A DNA stretch of 40,348 bases from Catajapyx aquilonaris. Its lineage: Eukaryota. The DNA lies in NCBI GenBank assembly GCA_000934665.2, contig KZ538209.1, positions 62,001-102,348 of the forward strand, given 5' to 3'. How positions within the stretch are numbered: the stretch's first letter is position 1; each line of letters begins with the position of its first letter. Both the position numbers and the translations under genes were made by a program. Below, piece by piece: positions 33,925-40,348 of this stretch. The notes under the pieces were generated by a model. The model was not told the DNA's origin, searched no databases, and worked only from the letters and a program-made list of their open reading frames with translations.

Positions 33925-36900
33925 CCTGGCGGTTTTTCCTGCTGAATAACCTCCATGATGTTTTTTTTTTTAATTCTCGGGATTCTTCTGTTTCCTCCCA
34001 CTCTTAAATTTCATTAGTGTACAATTTAGGTAGGCTATAATAAATAAAGCATATTAGACTATTTAGACAACAGAACTGGCACATGTATGACAGTATTGCA
34101 TTATTTAGAGTTGGTGATAATAAGTCTTGGTATCACATTATGCAGCACTCTCTCTACATGTGCTAAACATGGGGACATGCATGAAGTGATGACAATAGAA
34201 ACAACAATGACTCGGTTGCATTTTGTACAGTTAAATGTCATTATGGACATCACTTCTGGCTTCGCTAGCAGTGCCTTACAATGTTTAAATAGACCCTACT
34301 GATTCGTACTATCTGATTCGTTCCTGTCGGTTGAGTGAATATGGGCATTTCATTAGTGAGCGTTATGAATGTTTTTTTTTGCTCAAAAGTTTCAATATCG
34401 ATTCTTCTATTGCATTTCAAACGTACAGTTTTGTAGTCAGCATTGTGGCTTCCAATTCATACACAGCTGAATATTTTAACAATGGGGCTATGCAAAAAAA
34501 GGGTGTGCCTTGTACAAATCACAATAGCATAGCCGTTTGTGACACATCCTCTTATGAGTTGAGCAGCCCACTATCATCACATTTAAATGTTGGCCTGGAA
34601 CTGACTTAGACAATTTGACACTCATATTTTTCATCCCCAAAACGCATGTTTTCCCAGCTCCATATCAGGAGTGAGCCTGACTTATAAATGGGCACGATAA
34701 GTAGTCATTTAGAATGGCATAGACCTTGTGCTGCCAATTGCCAAAGCCCGATAACGACAAAGAATGGCGTCCTGAGTCTATAAAAGCCAAGTAATCGCCA
34801 CCTCCAGTTATCGACAGTCCTTTTTAAAAACGTCCCCTTTATTTCCCATTTCCTCCACATCCGTTTCACCTGGCAACCCTGCTTGTTTACCTCCTTATGG
34901 AAGCCACGGGGGCTTTTCCTCTTGGGTCCAAATATAATGAGTCTTCTAAGTTTGCAGCTCTTATACCTGTCTGCGAAATGTTCTGCTTGTTAACTTAGCC
35001 CGGCTGCGCTATCTGGATAATGAAGCCAATGCCGTATTGTGCAGCTCCAAAACTTGTCATATTAGGCATTCAAATTTCGAACCAAGATGTATACCTGGAG
35101 TGGGTGCCCTTCTATTCATTCCCAAGAGCTGAAACAGCGTGCTTCATGCTGTTTGTACTATAGCTAGGGTATGAAACCTAAATCAGTGGAAAATATTTTC
35201 TGTCAGAAACTGATTTTTTGGAAGATGATTTACAAACGGGGTGAAACGATGTAGATTCATATAATGACCTATTGTTGATGTGTATACAGTATGCAATAAG
35301 GGCCTATTTGTTGCTAGGGGCTTGGACAGTTGCCCTAGGCTATAATGTTATTGAATACGTATCCAAGAGCGACTGCTAACTATTTTGGTTGCTCATTCAA
35401 AGACCTTTAGAAGCAGTCATGGAGAGTGAATAAGGACAGAGTAATATTACCTTTAATCGGTTATAGAACATTCCCGACATGTCTGCGGTTAGCTGAGGGG
35501 CCTTGTGATTGCTGGCGTGAAATTAATGCTTCCCGTAACAGGACAATCTTTGCAACAGGTATTAACCTGCCTGAATTGTAGCCTACATTTTTACCAAATT
35601 GATCCGTATCATGAGAAAAATTTGCCATAATTTTCACATGTGTATAAACTAGTTTTTTTCCTTTAACAGCCCATATGCGGTGACCGTTTTTACTTATTGG
35701 GAGATAATTATTCTATATCTTTGTATATATGGACGATAATCGGACGTACTCTTATGTAGACACGAAATGTGTGCACCATGCGAGCATAAGAAGCTTCTTG
35801 AAGTTCATTTTAAGAAGCGTAGCACAACCGAAGTAACCAACTTTTAACTGCTATCGGGAATGATTGGAGTTTACATTTTGTGGAACTACTTTCAGACTCT
35901 TCCAGGAAACGTTACCTGTGATTTGCTCGGCAACGTTCACAAAAAGGTTTTACAGCATGTCTGCCTCCTCTTAGGGCCGGGTACACCACCGGCTGTAAAT
36001 GATATGGACCTATACGGCCAGTTTATGTCATGGCAAGTTTATGATGTAAACCGGCTGCAGTTCATCCGGTCCTTATTAATGAAATTACGGGACATATTTC
36101 TGGGGACTGCTCCAACATTCACATATTGTTTGTGCATGGTTTTACATTGATGTTGATTGACTTGCATCGTAGAAATGCCTAACAGACCCTGACAACCTTG
36201 CAGTAGAAATTAATTTAGCCTGCATATAGATCTAGTTTATTAATGAAAATTCACAGGGTCTTTTGCTGTGTTAACAGTGGCGGAATTAATATGCAAATAG
36301 TCAATGATAAAGCTTCACTTTTGTAGACATTTTAGCCTGCAGTATATAAAGAATATTAATTTTTAAAGCATCCAGTATTGGACCGAACAAATCCCCATCC
36401 CATCCACCCTCACCTGGTATTTCTATATTAATTTGTTGACTTTTTTACTATGCAATTATTATTCCTTCCCTCCAGCACATACTCATGTAGGCGCACATGT
36501 ATGTTGCAGTAACATGTCACCCCCCATCACAATATGACAGTACAGTAAATATTGACAGATCCAGCATTTTGCACGTCAACCATACACTGCAACCCACTCC
36601 TAACACCTACAATGCATCCATCGACATTTCCAACTCCCCAACCAACATTACCAACTCATCTCTGATTCAAAATTTGACTACCGCGACTGACGGCACCCGC
36701 TAAAAAAGAAGGATGGAACCTGATAAACTACCCATCCCCTTTTCCCTATTCCGAATTGGATCTAAGACAAAATGGCATCCGTCTCCAAGCCAGCGGGCAG
36801 AAGTAAGGGTTTCTCCCCCTTTTCTCCCCCTTTTCGCCCCCTTCTCTCCCCTTTTCTCCCCTGCACCCCCCCACAAGATTGTCCTCATTAACCATTCGGG

Positions 36901-39900
36901 CGGCATAAATTCAGGTGAGGCTCGAGTCCCAGGAGCACATCTCTTGCATTCCGGAGGTGGTTGGAGGGAATGGCAGAAGAGCAGAGCCGCAGGTGCAGAC
37001 TCCCACCACCCCCTCCCCAGTTTCCCTCCCTCCCTCACCGCCTGCCTTATGATTTAATGTGCCCGGCCTCTTGAGCCGCTGCTGTCACTTTCTGCCTCTC
37101 TGGCTTTATTCCGCTCTGATGGGCCTGAGGGAAAGCCCACCACCTTCTCCTCCATCCTCACCCTACCTCCTACCCCCTGCTCTCTTATTAGATTTATCCC
37201 GCACGCCGCCGCCCACTAAACGCCAACCATAATGACAGATCAGATTAAAGCCCAAGGAGTGCTGATTTTAATCATTCATAGCCATGTTTTTTTGGTGGTA
37301 CCTGAGGAAAGTTCGTGTGTGGTAGGAACTTCTCTGGTTGGATGATGCTGAGCTGGGCCTAACAGGTTTGAGTTCTTAATTGGTGAATTGGCTGAAGAAA
37401 AAAAATTGCGAATTAATAACACTGTCTCTAAGGCAAATTAGACATTACTTTGCATATGATTCAGCTCCAATATTTTTAGTTGTCACCGACGGCGTTTTTG
37501 GCTTGAAAATGTCTCTTTTGATTAGATGGAGATAGGTTACTAACCTCCATCTTTTCCATGACCATTACATTTCAAGTGTGAGCAATCTGATCTGACATTC
37601 ACGTCATGCAAATCCTCTTCCATTTTGGTAATCTTTTCCTCCGCAGTAAGAAAAAAAAGAAGGTAAGAGAGGGACCATATCTTCACATAAAACTTGGGGA
37701 ACATCACTTTTAGCACAAGACAAGAAAAGACCCTCCCATCGCCTGTGCCTTTAATCCTCCATTCATCACGTCTTTATCTCTTATTCATTACGACAGATAT
37801 TAAGCAGATGAATAATCAGTAATCTTCACTTTTTTAATAACCAGAAAAGCAAGAGGAACTGATCCGAATCCTGGAATCCATTCCTCGCAGAACATACCCT
37901 CCTAATTACGTTTCTGTCCGGAAACACTGCCAAATGGTAATACCCTTCCTGAGTACTTACAAGTATTCGTAGAAGAACTTGAATCAGATGTGACGTACCG
38001 GTATATCAAGGTTTTTTTGGATGCTCTTTTATCATGGTTTTTTGGCGTTCTCCTGTTTTTTGTGAAAATGGCTGGATTATACTTATTTTTGAATGTTGTC
38101 GTGTCATGTTGCCTGCCATTCACACCTGTAGGCAAGTGCCACAACTTCATTGAAGGGGATGAGGAGCTGAGGGGAGGTATAGTAGGGGAGGAGTGAAAAT
38201 TTTAGTTTTTTGCAGGAAACTTTCTCGTCGGTTGTGGTGACTTGTCATATGGGAAGGGACACGAAAATATGTTGCAGTGAGCAGCAAATTTATGAACAGC
38301 TGAGAGTGGCTGTGAAATAATAGCATCATTATCTGCAGAGCAATGTCAAAATGTTATCTAAGAGTGTGGGCAATATTGAGTTTTCATTCTTAATATTTAA
38401 AGATGATGATGGAATATCATGAGCCTTTATGGCCGGAAGGATTTTTTTTGATCCAGTGGAAGATTAGTGGGAGGACGATCTTGCAATCAACTATTTGTAA
38501 ATCTAAAAAATTGCATAACTGCATATCTGTCAATAAGGAAACGCTGGCATAATAATGTATTCATTTTAAATTGCTTTAGCTGTATTAGACATTTTTGAGA
38601 AAATTTAATAGTCTAATGTCTGCAGCAGATTGTCATATTCTAATGAATTAAATAGGCTATTAAAACTGCATGGAAGGAGTTCTTATCAATAATTATCTTC
38701 CACTTATAATTCAAAACCCAACAATAAGCAATATAAAACAAAACTAAATAATTATACTACATTCAAGCAACACTAACGACGAAAATCACTCGCCAACCTT
38801 TAATTAACTAAGCCACTTACATCTGTCTAAACAGCCTAGCCTCATGCATGGTGCTCTTGACACACGGAATCCGAGACTGAAGACTATACGAAACTGTACC
38901 AAATCAGTTTCGCTAAAAAATTGACATAACTCATTTTGGCATATTCCAATCTGGCTATCACTTTTTCAAACAGAAGTAATGCGAAACTTCCTCTAAGCCG
39001 AAAGACAGGTTAATGGATTCCTCGGAAAACAAATTGAACTTACACAACTGCACTTTTATAATTTACCGGGAGTTCATGGCACTGAAATATAAGTCAGTAC
39101 TACATGGCGTCTACATTCAAAAAAATTGCCACCTTGAATAATCATCACCATTACTCTAGACACATGCAATTTTTTGGATAAACCTCCCAGATTGGTTGAC
39201 AACCTGCAAGTTAAAAATCAATTGAAGTTTGCACACGTTTTGGCTTGCATCATATACTGAAATGCATAGCATGCACGAGTGTGACGAAACATGTTTATTT
39301 CATGATGGAGACGCTTGCTGGTGGCATCTGAAGTGTAGGGGCGGATGTTCTGTGACCTGGAACCTAACTCCCCCAAGAAGGATGCTATATGAAAGCTGAA
39401 GTTGTGGTGCCACTTAGGTCGAGGTAAGCAGGTAACACAGTCTCAGCCTGAGCTGTTACGCTCACTGTTGCACCTGTGTGCTCTCACTCCATCTAAGGGT
39501 TCTAAGCTATACGATTCCTACACAGTGCTCCAGAAGCTGATTTTCACTTTCGCTGTTTACGTAGAAGCCATAATGGATTTAACATATTTTTTAAAAAATA
39601 AAGTGGTTATAAAAATAGTTTGTGAATACTAGCGTATTTACTGGCATATATTGGCAGAAATGATATACGAGAGCTGGATGTTGGGAGGGAGGTGGCTCTA
39701 TCTAGGGAGACTTGTGATGCGTAAATGGTGGTGGGGATCGCAAATCTGTACACGCCTTTTAAAAATTAATGAGGTTCGGGAGTACCGGAGGCCGGACTGG
39801 TACTCCCTGGACACGAGATGAGAGACTCTTTCCCAAACCTTTACCGAACTGCAGCCCAGTGGTTTCCTGCATTTAAAAAAAAAATCCTCGCATGAAGTAT

Positions 39901-40085
39901 TTAAATGATTGGAAATTGCATGAATATATTAAAATAAATTACAGCATCTGCCTTTATACCGGATGAAGAGGGAGGCTTGTGTAAAGGAGGGAAAAAGGGA
40001 GGGAGGGGGGGGGGGTCCTTCGACAAGATTTAGGCCTGGAATCGATCGTAGAGGTGCGGCCTTCCTTACAAGGACAAGAAAAGGA

Positions 40086-40116
40086 GGAAGGAAGGAAGGA
40101 AGGAAGGAAGGAAGGA
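40086..40116. repeat. (GGAA)n microsatellite
   Basis: Directly visible. Confidence 0.9.
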
Positions 40117-40348
40117 CGGATGAATAGATAGATTACATGGGAATTCACATTTTCATAGGCATATTTTAATATTTTGTGCATTTTCAGGCATAAGGTACAG
40201 TCGTGCCATATATATTTTGCTCGTAACTGTACTGTACTGTCAAAATGACGTCATTGACCAATTATTAAGGTCTATTCTCATATCTGCGAATTGTCGAAAA
40301 ATCGCGGCGAATTTGGCTTTTCACGCGCCAAACTACTCTACTCGCACG

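Overview
AT-rich, gene-poor metazoan genomic DNA, probably from a bilaterian invertebrate. Three N-gaps are bordered by poly-G or poly-C runs. None of the ORFs in the track is a recognisable protein. The one firmly identifiable gene is mir-124 on the minus strand (hairpin 3081-3146). Its mature arm reads exactly UAAGGCACGCGGUGAAUGCCAA, with a paired star arm and Microprocessor motifs. The rest reads as a regulatory desert upstream of this neural miRNA, with motif-dense GC-richer islands (Sox, octamer, CRE, RFX X-box, TAATCC, CCAAT). It also holds many small mobile elements: a Kolobok-type MITE with a nested Tc1/mariner MITE, a dimeric hAT mini-MITE, a 5'-truncated V-SINE with TSD, a 46-bp retroposon tail with TSD, two tRNA-like copies and several foldbacks. 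The most intriguing observation is an 18/19-nt copy of the miR-124 arm plus loop 34 kb away (37035-37053). Also notable are the tRNA-like TG..CA units, a triplicated interlocking palindrome at 30.3-30.7 kb, and a 3.4-kb block that may be a decayed virus-like insertion.
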